Source of the DNA: the human T2T-CHM13v2.0 reference genome, Homo sapiens
Strand: one strand, 5' to 3'
NCBI RefSeq assembly: GCF_009914755.1
Contig: NC_060932.1
Length of the DNA: 64,000 nucleotides
Below are positions 48,861 to 64,000 of the stretch, in pieces. Each line of letters starts with the position of its first letter. Position 1 is the first letter of the stretch. The notes beneath the pieces are model-generated. The model did no database searches. It was not told where the DNA came from and saw only the letters and a program-made list of their open reading frames with translations. The position numbers and the translations under genes were made by a program.

Positions 48861-49040
48861 AAATGGACCTAATTTGAGAAGAGGAAGTATTTTGGGACCA
48901 AGCCTGATGGGAATTCTGCTGCCTAGATCCTGAGTCCTGGTATCTCTACCCCGCACGTGAAGGACTGGGTCATGTCAGATTCCAGGGGTCACCCAGTCCT
49001 TCTAGAATGTGGTTCTCAAAGAGTAGTTCATAGATACCCC

Positions 49041-49398
49041 CAATATGGTCTGGTTCTGTGTCCCCACCCAAATGTCACCTTGAATTGTAAGAACCCCCAC
49101 ACGTTGTGGGAGGGACCCAGTGGAAGGGAATGGAATCATAGGGGCAGGCTTTTCCCATGCTGTTCTCGTGATAGTGAATAAGTCTCAAGAGATCTGGTGG
49201 TTTTAGAAAGGTGAGCTCCCCGGCACATGCCCTTATCTGCCACCATGTAAGATGTGCCTTTGCTCCTCCTCCACTTTCCACCATGATTGTGAAGCCTCCC
49301 CAGCCATGTGAAACTGTGAGTCCATTAAACCTCTTTCCTTTACAAATTACCCAGTATGGGGTATGTCTTTGTTAGCAGCATGAGAACAGACTAATACA
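49041..49398 (+). mobile_element. THE1 (B/C-like) solo LTR
   Basis: atatggtctgg..tgtgtccccacccaaat...gagaacagactaataca; C-rich TSD. Confidence 0.92.
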
Positions 49399-49643
49399 CC
49401 CCCCTACCACCACCAGGGATCTTTGCAATCATTTCAGTGGCTCCACGAAGTCAAAACTATCTCTCTAACAATATGAAGGTCCTGTTTGCTTTTTCACTGT
49501 ATTAACATCTGTATGGATGGGACAAATGCAATGGCGGGTAGAACTCTTGGAGCCTTGGCATGAATCATGACAGTGGGAGCTAACTGTACTAAGAGTTATT
49601 TTCTTTACAACTATACATGCACAGTGAAAATGAAAGGAAATGG

Positions 49644-49970
49644 GGCCAGGGGCAGTAGCTCATGTCTGTAATCCCAGCACTTTGGGAGGCCTAGGTGGGC
49701 AGATCACTTGAGGTCAGAAGTTCGAGACCAGCCTGGCCAACATGGTGAAACCCCGCCTCTACTAAAAATACAAAAATTAGCTGAGCTTGGTGGCAGGTTC
49801 CTGTAATCTCAGCTACACAGGAGGCTGAGGCAGCAGAATTGCTTGGACCCAGGAGGCAGAGGTTGCAGTGAGCCAAGATCAAGCCACTGCACTCCAGCCT
49901 GGGTGACAGAGCAAGACCCTGTTTCAAAAAACAAAAACAGAACCCGAAATAAAATAAAATGAAACGAAAT
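49644..49970 (+). mobile_element. AluS
   Basis: TSD aaaatgaaa.gaaat. Confidence 0.95.
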
Positions 49971-50486
49971 CCCAGTTTTACTTAAGAATGTCTTTGATAA
50001 AGCCATAAAAATGATTAACTTTAAAGATCTTCACTCTGTGGCGTATGTATTTTTAATATGTCACATATTTTTAATATGTGACACAATAGGAAGCACACAT
50101 AAGGCACGTCCACTGCACACCTCAGTGTAACAATTGACTTGAGGGAAAGCTTGTATAATTGAGTTGTGAGCTGAACAGGCTGCTTTTTTTGGAACATCAC
50201 TTTTCAGTCAAAAAAAAAAAAAGACTGATAGATGAACTATAGTTATTCAGACTTGGGTATCTGGCAGACACATTCTCAAAAATGAAAGACGTGAACTTGT
50301 CACTCCAAGGAAAACTGACAGTATTTGTTGCCAGTGCTAACATTTGACCTTTCAAGAGAAACGTTGATTTTTGGAAAACTTGTATCTGCCATCTTGAGCT
50401 TAAGCTAAATACCATGTCTAAATACTTCCAATATTTGAAGACTTTTCTGCAGTGATCGGGGGCAATATTAGCAGTTGTGACTTTTT

Positions 50487-50887
<401 letters not shown>

Positions 50888-51081
50888 TCATGCATGGGTA
50901 AAAGATCCACTCAAAGCACAAGAGAGACCTTTAAAAATACATTTTTAAAGATCTTTAAAAGCAATTTTAATGTAACAAAGCATGGAATCTTCATTCATAT
51001 GATTTCAGATTCTGCATCCGATATTTCTTCAAAAACAAGTACCTCTAATTATCTGAAAAGGTTATTTAAATACTCTTTCCT

Positions 51082-51423
<342 letters not shown>

Positions 51424-51829
51424 CTACATATTTGTGGGAAGCCACATTTTCTTCATGTGTTTCAACCTAAACGACATCACAGCAGATGGAAAGCAGTAAC
51501 AGCTAAGAAAATCCAGCTGCCTTCCCTTAAACTAAACATTAAAAAGACTTGCAAAAGTGTGCAGTGCCACTCTTCTCTTTTCTTTAGAAAACAGTTATTT
51601 TTATAAAATATTTATGTTATCATGAAATGGATTTCTTATTTTCACTGGATAAATAAATATTTTTAGAATTCTGTTGTAATTTCTAATATGGCAAACATTG
51701 ATAAATATAAACCACATGAACAAAAGCTTTTTGGGTCCTCAGTCATTTTTAAGAGTGTAAATGGGTCCTGATACCGAAACGTTTGCAAGTTGCTGTTCCA
51801 GAGTATTTTGGAATTCTAGAGCATATGGA

Positions 51830-51975
51830 ACATGCTGAGTAACAAAGAACATGATCTTTGGGACAAATTGCTATTTTTCCATTCTGGATTTGCCATTTGC
51901 TAGCTGTTGACTTTTGGCTAGTTATTGAACCTCTCTGAGCCTCAGTTTTATCGTGCATTGAAGTGAGGATAATGG
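51830..51975 (+). mobile_element. MIR
   Basis: gttattgaacctctctgagcctcagtttt. Confidence 0.6.
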
Positions 51976-52203
51976 AGGATTTCTCTCCATTTTTTTTGAG
52001 ATAACGGTTTTTAAGAAACTTGAAATGTGGTAGACAACTTGCAGAGGTTGACTTCCTTTCTTCTTTTTCTTCATTAGGCCTAAATACACAGTATCAAGGC
52101 CACTCAGTGAGACCTTTCGCACACCCAAGCAGATCTGGGTCTTTAAGGGTAGTTGCCTCCTCTCAGAGTGGACCAAAGACAACCAAATTAAAATACAAAA
52201 ACA

Positions 52204-52505
52204 GGCCAGATGTGAGGTGGCTCACTCATGTAATTCCAGTACTTTGGGAGGCCAACACAGGTGAACTGAATAAGGTAAGGAGTTCAAGACCAACCTGGGC
52301 AACACAGTGAAACCTTGTTTCTACAAAAAAATTAAAAAATTGCCAGTCGTGAAGCGCACCTGTAGTCCTCCTGGCCAAGGTAGGAGGATCACTTGAGCCC
52401 AGGGGTTTGAGGCTGCAGTGAGCTATGATTGCAGCACCTCATCTCATCCTAGACGACAGAGTGAGACCCTGTCTCTAAAAAACAAAACAAAACAAAAACA
52501 AAAAC
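52204..52505 (+). mobile_element. AluJ, diverged
   Basis: Dimer with tttgaggctgcagtgagctatgatt. Confidence 0.9.
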
Positions 52506-52704
52506 ATTCACAGAGGAGCCCACACCGTGGAAGTTCCTGCTCAGCAAGCACCCACTGATGGTTTACTGAGATCACCTTCGCAACTTGTTCCCCACCTGGT
52601 CCTTCCAGCCTCAGCCTGTTTTTTGATCGGGATGATCTACTGTCTTTGAGATTCTGTCCCTACTTGACCTGGTCCTCCACCTACCTGAGTTCGTCTTCTG
52701 CACA

Positions 52705-52717
52705 TGACCTTTGATCT
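52705..52717 (-). promoter_or_regulatory. Overlapping DR1 nuclear-receptor and TCF/LEF motif (candidate)
   Basis: Minus strand AGATCA-A-AGGTCA contains AGATCAAAGG; motif match only. Confidence 0.3.
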
Positions 52718-53801
52718 GATTGCTCCAAGCTGCAACAGCTTTGTCCACGGGTCCCACATTATGCTAGACTCGCCAGTGATGTAGGATGGAACACTTCATC
52801 CCTGCTAGAATCAAGGCCGAATCCACTCCATAGAGGACTCTCTCCTGAAAGTCTCCCAGGGTGAGAGCTCAACCTTCTCTCTGGCCTTTGTTTCAACATT
52901 GTTCTTTAGTGCTGAGGAAGTAAGACATGTGTCGTATATTTGCTGCTACACATTTACAGGGGCAGAAGCAAAGTCTTCCTGGAAAAGCTGATGAATAAGA
53001 GGAGTCGAGTTCTTCCGCCTCCATTCACGAAACTCTCCAAGATCCCACCAGGACGGCATCGTGTGCATAATTGTGAGGATATCTTGCAGAAAGCTGGATG
53101 GAGTTTTGAGTACATTCTGGATCCTCTTTGACCCCTGGGGACCAGGACCATTTCTATTTTCATAGTCCAAATGAATGCTTAGATGCATTCACTTTTAAAA
53201 CCTGAGTCAGGATTCCCTGGAAATTCTTTTCCATAGCTGCAATGCTAATCTGGATTCCAGACATTTTTACATCTGATCAAAGGAAGCAAATAGCTGCCCT
53301 GGGAATATTTTAGCATGTCTGCCTATTCACTGTGGAAGTCAATGAGCATTTGTTTGGCAGAATGCAGAGGGCACAAACATAGGGATCGAAGGACTGATGA
53401 AGAAGAATGAATTATTGAAAGGGGAAGGAGGGAAAGGGCCAAAGGGATGTCCGCTAATCAAGAGTGAGAAATAAAGCCAAGAATTACGTCTGATTTTTAA
53501 AATTTTACTCTGTTGGTGAATTTTTGCCTATCTCCTATCTTCTGGCAGCTCTTGCTAATGAAAGTACACATGACCTTGGTAGTTTGTCTTTTGGCATCCT
53601 GCCAAAGTTGGACAATGGCCAGTGCAAAGCTGTCAGAGAGGGTGTTTCTGTGAGATGAGAAGCAAACTTTCTAGCCGCAAACACTTACTGCCATCCTGCC
53701 TGCCATCCACCTCTATGATCATTTGACTTTGTATGCCTTGGTCATCTCATGTTTGAAACTGGAATCACATTTAGCCTGTCCTCTGCTGTCAACGCTGATA
53801 A

Positions 53802-54188
<387 letters not shown>

Positions 54189-54873
54189 TCAGCACAAGAA
54201 ACCTGGCAGACCCAGACACCATGCCAAGACCCCTCCCTGCCTGCTGAGCTTCCATTTTAGCCTCTTGCACTGGCTGGTAGCCGCCAAATCATAAAGAATT
54301 GCCCCTCTGCTGACTGCCTCCCAAGAGTACCCCCCTAAATGGAGGCCATCTTAATCCAAGTCCTTGCTGTGTTGGAAATCTGAGCGGCATCATAGATTCT
54401 TAGAGTACCGTTGTCTCACAGCACCTAGCATGGTGCCTACAACATTGCAAGCCAACTTGTTCACTCTCTCTGTCTCTCTCCACACACACACACTCCTTCA
54501 ACTCTGTCTCCCTTAAGACTTTTGCAAGACCTTACTGTCTCCCTCCCTATTTTGTTTCATGTTTCCATGTCATGTCCTGACTGCGCAATAAAAATGTAGG
54601 TTTATATCCAATCGCATTTTTCTCTCTGTGTGTTGTTTTCTTTCCAGAGCCAACTATCTCTTGAGCACTGGTTTGGGGTTTGTGTGCAGTCTTATCCACA
54701 GAAAACAAATTCTCCTGCTTTCAGACAAACCTAATTCTCAGAAAACTGGAGCTCCACAGAAAAGAGTTTTTAAATTTTTCATGAACTTCTAGAGTTTTGC
54801 CGATTGTTTCTTAAACTTTACTGAAGAAAACACTTAATTTCTCATTTAAGAAAGACACCACCCCTCCATTACA

Positions 54874-55159
54874 GGTGGCTCACACCTGTAATCCCAGCAC
54901 TTTGGGAGGCCGAGGTGGGCAGATCAGCTGAGGTCAGAAGTTTGAGACCAGCCTGGGCAACATGGTGAAACCCTGTCTCCATTAAAAATAGAAAAATAAG
55001 CTGGGCATGGTGGGGCATGCCTGTAATCCCAGCTACTTGGGAGACTGAGGCAGGAAAATCTCTTGAACCCATGAGGCAGAGGTCACCGTGAGCCAAGATC
55101 ATGCCACTGCACTTCAGCTTGGGTGACAAACAGAGACGCTGTCTCAAAAAAAAAAAAAA
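54874..55159 (+). mobile_element. AluS, first ~10 nt missing
   Basis: Begins ggtggctcacacctgtaatccc. Confidence 0.93.
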
Positions 55160-55239
55160 GAGAGAGAGAAAGGGGGTAAGCGCCTTATCCCTCCCTACTA
55201 GTTGAGAAGGATCAAAATAGAAAAAGAAAACCAGGGTGA

Positions 55240-55420
55240 TGGTTTCAAATAATTTGAATTAAAATTCTTGTTCTGATAGTTACTAAGCTGTGTGACTTTG
55301 AGAAACTTGTTTAACTTCTCTGTGCCTCAGTTTCTTCACATGTACAGTGTGATTAAGGATATCTTCCTCATCAAAGTAGCATGTAATAAGCACTCAGTAA
55401 ATCATACTTGTTATTTTCAA
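55240..55420 (+). mobile_element. MIR
   Basis: gctgtgtgactttg...ttaacttctctgtgcctcagtttcttcacatgta. Confidence 0.7.
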
Positions 55421-55977
55421 TACTATTACCAATATTAATAACTACTAATAGAAACTGTATCATTGTATGACAGTAACAATCCCAAACTTGCCCCAGGTTA
55501 GGAATAAATCCACACCAAAATCAAGATCCTCTGCTAATGCTGTAGCTTTACTCTCTCTATATAGTACAAAGTCTAGAAAAAATGTAGCTACTCTTGCCTT
55601 TACCATTGCAGGCTCTGGTGAGCTCACACTCATATCCCAGCTGTGGTTGTTTTCAAGCATGCCAGATGGTAGGGCTTGTAATTAATGTGCCCATCAACAA
55701 TCAGAATGAAATTCCTGACAGATACAGTTCAGGGCATGGCCAATGAACTATTTGCATTTTATTCCTGACTAAGGTTTGTGTCCCAAAACTTTACCAGTTT
55801 TCCTAAACTGCTGAGTTGAGCCAAACACAAAGAAACCTCAAGGTCCTTTTTTTCTCTTCTCCTCTATGGTCCAGAATAGAGCCAGCCCACACTTTAGTTC
55901 TCGTTTCCTGGACTTCACTACTCATCCTCTTCGTCATCCAGAACAAAGGGACGTCTATTCCTTCCACAGGGAAGAGC

Positions 55978-56025
55978 AAAAAAAAAAAAAAAAAAAAAGA
56001 AAGAAAGAAAGAAAGAAAAAGAAAC
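55978..56025 (+). repeat. Poly(A)/(GAAA)n tract
   Basis: Seen directly. Confidence 0.9.
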
Positions 56026-56784
56026 AAGACTTTTATCATCTCTCTGGTCTTTTAGTCCTCTGGGGTTAGAGGTGGGGGTGGGGACCAGCCATGGAAGCCC
56101 CTGAGAGGTCAGGCCTTCCCTAGGGAGGTGTAGGGTTTCAGGAGAAGTAGAGGCACAGCCAATAAAGATCTTTGAGATCAGCTGCCCACCAGGGGCCTTG
56201 AATAGCGTAGCGGCAGCTTTTGCTTCCTTGTCGCCTGCCCTGGCCTCGCCTAGAATGGACAGACTCCCAGTTCACCTGCTCCATTAGTTCACAATTGACA
56301 TATGCACAGAAAAATAATATTATCTCTCTACATCTGCTTTCCTAATTCCTCTACATCAGAACATAAGGTAATCCTGGGAAAGAAAGCACATAACCAGCTA
56401 CCATTTGCTCTTGCAATGAACTTTAGAGTTCTACTGTGAGGCCAAAATCGGAGGCTCTGCCTATCAGTTCATTTGCTCCCTGAAACTGAGGGAGGAAATT
56501 GATCATGGAAAATGGAAAACATTTTTCTTTCAAAATGAAAATAGGCCTCCTGGGGCCCTGACTGTCGTCTCTAAATACTGCACACCACTAAAATGAACCA
56601 GACTCCTTAAGAAATGGCTGACTCCAAGTCTGGGATATAGGGTGAGCCTGGAATATCTTTTCATACCAGAAAGCAAGTAAACCGTCAAAAGCTAAGAGGG
56701 CCAAAAAGAAACAGAAGCCAACTTGAAGAGAATCTCAATGGTTAAAGCTGGAATAATTTAAGAATCGAAAGAATAAGAGAATAG

Positions 56785-57087
56785 GGCCGGGTACGGTGGC
56801 TGACACCTGTAATCCCAGCACTTTGGGAGGCCAAAGCAGGTGCATCACCTGAGGTCAGGAGTTCGAGACCAGCCTGGCCAACATGGCGAAATGCCGTCTC
56901 TACTAAAAATAAAAAAAATTAGCTGGGTGTGGTGGCGCATGCCGGTAATCCCAGCTACTGGAGAGGCTGAGGCAGGAGAATCACTTGAACTCAAGAGGTG
57001 AAGGTTGCAGTGAGCCAAGATCATGCCATTGTACTTCAGCTTGGGTGACAGAGTGAGGCTCCATCTCTAAATAAATAAATAAATAAA
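56785..57087 (+). mobile_element. AluSx-like
   Basis: Full dimer with (TAAA)n tail. Confidence 0.95.
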
Positions 57088-57493
57088 TGATAACTGCAAT
57101 AGACCAAAAGAACAAATATATTTAGATCCTTTAGTTTATAATGATATCAAAGACAAACAAATCTTCCTTCTTTCAGAGATTGCTATGGAACTAACTCATT
57201 ATTTTGCAAAGTGGCAAGTAAAGAGAAAGAACCTGGCACCTCCTTTGGTACCACACAGCAACCAGCTAGTTAATTAGGGCAATTTCCTCCTTATTGATCA
57301 TTACAGATAACACATGAGGGACTGCTGTAATTAGAATATCATGATTCTGCACTTCTCAGTGAATGAGTGGATCTAAGCAATGATCGCTGATGGCTCCTAA
57401 CATCACACATAAAGAGACAGTTGAATAGTTTGCACCTTCTGATGGAACATACACAGTAGTACCTATGAAGTATCTTGCTAAAGACTTAAGCCT

Positions 57494-57868
<375 letters not shown>

Positions 57869-59516
57869 TCAAAGGAAGTGAGGAAAAGGGAACATGCTAA
57901 GTGACCCAGGGACTCGGTCACCAAATCCTGACCAAGGGAGAGGTTCTTTATCCAGTAAATTGCAAGGAGAAAAAAAAAAAAGGAAGAGGAGGAGCAGGAG
58001 GAAGAGGACAAAGAGAAAGAAGGGGAACCTGTAAATTGAAAGGGACTTAGACATTGTGTCAATCAATTATAGTAGATGGTCCATATTAGAATCCTGATTT
58101 CAATAAGTTGTTTAAAAAAAGAAGCAGATATTATGAAGCAGTCAGGCAAAATTTTTATTATCCTGAGTAATGGATCATATTAAGGAATTATTGTTAATTT
58201 GGGAATAGGTCATAGTATTGGTGTTTCGGTTACTTGTTTTTAAAGAATTCTTATCTATTAGCAATGCATACTGAATAAGACTAAAATGATAAGATACTGA
58301 GATTTTCTTCAGAGTAAACTTGGGAGTGGGGAAGATATGGTTGATGTGAGTAAAAATGTTAACAGTTACCCTAATTTTGCATGTTTTAAATTTTCCATAC
58401 AAAAAAGTTAAGGAGTAAGTAAGCAAAAATAGCTGTAAAGACTTACTTTCCTACTATAGGAATGCTAAACGTTCATTGTAAAACTTCTTCAAATATTTTT
58501 GTGTAAAAATTGTAAAAGTGTCCTGAAATCTTAGGGAGATGGACAGTGCAACCTTATATTTTCCTGTTGAAAAAGCACAGAGGCAGTTCCGGTGACAAGT
58601 ACCTTCTTTTCTAAGCTTGGCTTCCAGATCTCATACAAGTGGGAGAGTGAAAGATGCTTGTAACATGCAATGAAGATGATTCAGTGACCAGTTATTCCAG
58701 AATAGGCTTAAAAAGTATACAGTTAACCTTGTTCAAATGCGAGTTTAATCCAGTTGTAGTTTTCTACAATAGGATGTGTTTATTTAGTCAGGAGGGAAGG
58801 GTTGACATTTTACTCACTTTGGAGAAAAAAGAGAACACTATTATATTTGCCTATCAACTTGAATAAAATCCAGGACAATGTAGTTACACTATAGTTATAA
58901 GTACAGGAACGAGCAGTTGGCATATTAAAAGTCCAACCTCCAAAGTCTCCTGGAATGTTTCGAAAAGTTCAGCACAAGTAAAGTTTCAACCTCGGTAGTC
59001 TGTCTGGTTAAGCTCTTAGAATCAGAAAATATTTAACGAGTTACTGAAGAGCCTCAAATTTCTTCCCAACCTGTAATACAAACAAAAGTGAGAACTAGGT
59101 CAAAGAAAACAGAGATTTGGAATATTATCAGCTTACGCCACTCTGGGGAAATTAACCTATTTAACTTCATGTTCTTTAAAGGAGTAGAAACAGAGACTTA
59201 TTTTGATCAGGGGATAGAATGACATTTGAGGGAGAGCTGAGACACTGAGAAGAACATAGAGGAATTGGAAGCATATTGACTTCTTGTGATATGACCCCCA
59301 CTCCATTTTAAAATTCAATTGCTTTGCCTGTAAAACGAGCTCCGCTATTCTGTACAGTTTATGCTAATGCAAAATGGAAAACAGATTTTCTTTCTCTTCA
59401 TTTTTCCTAGTATCCTCTTCATGTCCAGTGGCTTATTACTTTTTTAAAAATCATTAGGAAACACAATCTACTTTACTGAGGATTTTCGAAACATTCTTCC
59501 TGCCTACTTTGGGGAT

Positions 59517-59551
59517 GTATATATATATCTATATCTATCTATCTATCTATG

Positions 59552-59590
<39 letters not shown>

Positions 59591-59602
59591 TTATCTATCT
59601 AT
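59517..59602. repeat. (TA)n(TCTA)n tetranucleotide STR, interrupted
   Basis: Seen directly. Confidence 0.97.
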
Positions 59603-60399
59603 TTCATTTTGAACTGGCTAGACACAAGGCTCTATTTCCTTACTTTAGTAAGGGTTATCAGAAAAGTCATCTCAACTTGAAAATAGACGAAAGAAAATAG
59701 TGAGTAGATGTTCGGTTTTTCATTTTTTTGTTGTTATTGTTGCTGTAGAATGCACTTCAGGCTTGACTTTCTATTTATTGCCCTATTTTACACCTTTGTA
59801 GAGAAAGATCAACTTGTAATTTTGTGTTCAGTAGAGATGCAAATAATTTCTCTCTGGTAAAACAGATAATCCCAACGGTTACAGTTTAAACATAATTGGA
59901 CATTAAGCAACTTTATATCTAACCCAGGAATTTATTAAATTGCTCATGTATATGTAGTCTTCCAGGTGCCCTTTGGACCAATTTCAATATCTTACCAGTT
60001 TCCTCATTAGTAAATGAGCTGAATGCAATCGTTGGCACGTGTTCCTTTTATAGTCATACATGTGCTATGTTTTTTAACCCTTTGAAAATTATACTTCGAT
60101 TGGATTTTTGTGTTCCCCAAACAAGAGTTTGGCAAGTGTTTTGCCTTTTTTCTCCCCCTACTCCAATTTTAATAATGATATTTCACCGATGATTTAAAGA
60201 TATTTAAAGATGTTCTAAAAATATGCCACAAGTTGACTTTTTGTTTCTTACATGTATGTCCCATTCGGTCTAGCATTTATGGGAGAGTAATAATTTCTCA
60301 GTGGTCTACTAGTAATTTTACTTTTCACACCTAGTTATGCTATACTATAAATACACATATAGGAGGGTAACAATATTTGCCATTGTTTTCACTGCAATA

Positions 60400-60643
60400 T
60401 GGTATAGTGATTGAGAGCATGAGTTCAGAGTCACATCCAGCGATACCATGTACTAGCCATAGAGCCTTGGACTAAAAGTGCTTAATCTCTCAGGGCCGCA
60501 TGGACCTCATTGATAAAATGGCACCGCTAGTAGGATGGTTACAAATACGGTTATTGCAAGTAATAGGGAGATCATCATGTAAAATGCCTAGAACCATGCT
60601 TACCATATAAAAAGCACTCAATCATGTTGGCTGTTATTATTAT
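60400..60643 (+). mobile_element. MIR
   Basis: ggtatagtgattgagagcatg...cttaatctctc...aagcactcaat..tgttggctgttattatt. Confidence 0.7.
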
Positions 60644-61333
60644 CACACCCACTGAATGGCATAGTCTCGAAACTAGTGTCTAGTTACTAGAAATTATTTT
60701 ACTTACAATGGGTCGCGTGGGAGAACTCAGTCACCACCCAGAAAGATGCCTATTGTTACTATCGCCTGGAGAAAGAGCCTCTGTTGGCCAGAAACAGGCC
60801 TCCTGTCTGCTTCATGAGTTGGCTTTGAATCATTGCCAGGACTTTTAGGAAAACGGAAAATGGATTTGTAGCATGTATGAAATGAAGTCCTTATCTGAGT
60901 TCCCAAGGCTGGTTTGTCAAATGGAAATGAGCTGTTTCATGGCTTTATTCCCCTTGGTTTAGCCTCCGAGAATCTGCTCTGGCGCATTGCTGTTTCCACA
61001 TGTTAAAACTTGGTGAGGAGTCTCTGCTGGTGTCTGTTTTCTTTGTAACTTGGGATGACATAACTTGTTTTTGTCGGCACCTTGAAGCACTGCATTGTCA
61101 TTCCATCTTAGCAGTGAAGAACAGTGAGTTTGGCAAAATATTTTGAAAACTAAACTTTGAAAATCATTTTTTTGTCAGGTAAACAGTTGGGTTCTTTTTT
61201 TTTGTCTTTTATTATTATTTTTTTTCCTATTTGGTAACCAGATAAACTCGAAGACGACAACACAGAATAAGAAAACCTCTACCTTTTATAAGGATTTGGG
61301 GATTCAGGAGTGAGAGTAGAAGGAAGACTTACC

Positions 61334-61825
<492 letters not shown>

Positions 61826-62544
61826 CTAAGGAACATGTGTGGATTGTAAATACTGGATATTAGGTTGTGAAAACATAAGAATAAGGCCAATTCTTTCTTT
61901 CATAGCTGCAGCATGACACTGAGGGAGAAAAAAGTTTACCAGGTGAATTGAGAGCCCTCTATAAAGTGCTATTTATTCCGTGATTACAACATAACTAGCA
62001 ATGGCGAATGCTCCTGTATGCCCAGAAACACCAAGCCAGAAGAGTTGCACTTATTCTATTGCAGACTTTGGCTTAGTGGCTACGGCATTTACAGACTCTG
62101 CTTTCCTAGTCAGTTCGCACAACAGCATCAGCAGCTTTTTTTGTCACAGAATGAGCAACATGCCTCATGTTTAGACTACTAGAAAGACTTTGTAATTTTT
62201 TCAACCTATCTTGACTTTAAGGTAGCATCTAAAGGAAACTTGTTTGTAGCACACCTGAAATAATTCAATTCAATACCATTTATTCTGCACCCATATAATA
62301 GTAGACACTTAGAATTATGTATGAGTCTTGTGTATAATTTTTGATGCTAAAAGTCTCACCTTGGGAGCTAAACTCACAATTTTATTAATATCCCTGTTGA
62401 AATATACAACAACGTCCCATGCAACCATTCCAGTATTACTGCACTTGAGTAAAAAGGAGAGATAGCCTTTACTGAAGTTTGCGTTATGAAGGATATACTT
62501 GTATGATTAAGATATGAGGCAATTCTTCTGAATATTGTCTAGAA

Positions 62545-62768
62545 CAAGCTTGTTCAACCCACAGCCCATGGGCCACATGTGCCCCAGGATGGTTTTGAGT
62601 GCATTCCAACACAAATTGGTAAACTTTCTTAAGACATTGTGAGTTTTTTTGCAATTTTTTTTTTTAGCTTATCAGCTATCGTTAGTGTCAGTGTATTTTA
62701 TGCGTGGCCCAGGACAGTTCCTCTTCTTCCAGTGTGGCCCAGGGAAGCCAAAAGATTGGACACCCCTG
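62545..62768 (-). mobile_element. MER30 hAT MITE
   Basis: Ends gggaagccaaaagattggacacccctg; perfect 8-bp TSD gtctagaa (62537-62544 and 62769-62776). Confidence 0.93.
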
Positions 62769-63723
62769 GTCTAGAATGAAAGTCGAGGAAATCAGTCCTG
62801 GAGTGGTGGATCAACTTTCCGATTGTGAAATCACGCCTCTTATGTTTAAATGTATATTTTGAAATATAAACGACTTTTGTCCTCTCAGCATTTCCTCTTT
62901 CCCTTGGCCTGTCTCTGTCCAGCTTGGCCGTTGCACACGCATTGCCTCAAGGAGCTGTGACACAGCCAAGTCCTCCAGAGATACCAAAAGGTGATGAATT
63001 TGGATGAATATGCATTGCGGGAGGTCTCAGCCTGGAAAGTTGATAGGAAATCCCTGGGCTCCAAGGAAGAGGAATGCTTGCACAGACGTGATGAAAATTT
63101 AGGTACTGGCACTTCTGTACCTCTTGTACTCTGCCCTTGTCAAATTGAGCAGGTAGGGGGTAAGGGGTAGGGATGAAAACTCCAGATAGGTTTGGTGTAG
63201 AGACACTGGGAAGTCGAGAAAACCTGTGTCCTTTCCTGGGTAGAAGCCTAGAGAGTTGGCAAGACCAAGAGAATGTGGTGTCCCTAAACAGATGGGGCCA
63301 GAGAGTGTTACTCAGCTCCCAGGGTGAAGGTAGGACCTGAAGGACCTGGGGGTGGTGACTCAGTATTGACTTGTCTGTACCTAGGACTGAAGACCTGCTG
63401 TGGCATGACCCATTGCCTCCCATGCCTTAGCACTGCACAATTACCATAAACCCACCCAGTTCCAGGAAGTGGAAGGAATCCTGAACTGACTGTGATTATT
63501 TTTTCTTCCTGACATCTTAGCAGAATTAAATCATAAAAAAGAGGTCTAGAAAATAAGTGCATTTCTTGAACACTGAGTTTGTAGATTGAGCTTTGTAACC
63601 AGCTCATTCCTATTTTCAACCTTTCCTTTTTGTACATTCCCTCCCCTCAATGATGCCTCCTTCTCTCCCTCAGGTATTCAACACCCTTGTATTCTTTCCT
63701 GCCCCTATTAAAATTTGATGTCA

Positions 63724-64000
<277 letters not shown>

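Overview
Primate (human-like) non-coding genomic DNA. I cannot name the locus, and I find no supportable protein-coding gene, tRNA, rRNA or CRISPR array. The ORF track is mostly Alu/LINE/LTR read-through or TTG/GTG-started chance ORFs. The window holds about 35 Alu-family SINEs (dimers plus FLAM/FRAM monomers), a full-length 7SL retropseudogene (1736-2055), old L1 3' fragments, L2/MIR relics, solo LTRs (MLT1, MST, two THE1, MER34, probable LTR47 and LTR78) and DNA transposon fossils (Tigger2a, MER82, Tigger4, MADE1, MER5, MER58A, MER33, MER30, and a complete Charlie1a with four nested insertions). Repeat families were called by recalling consensus sequences, not by a search, so subfamily labels and old-element boundaries are approximate. 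The most notable observations are: a switch in Alu orientation near 45-48 kb, a 9.3-kb Alu-free island, a consensus splice donor inside a hairpin, a phased 10-bp array, a templated rearrangement inside a THE1 LTR, and a composite DR1/TCF site. I see no evidence for a new biological system; these are modest, testable leads.
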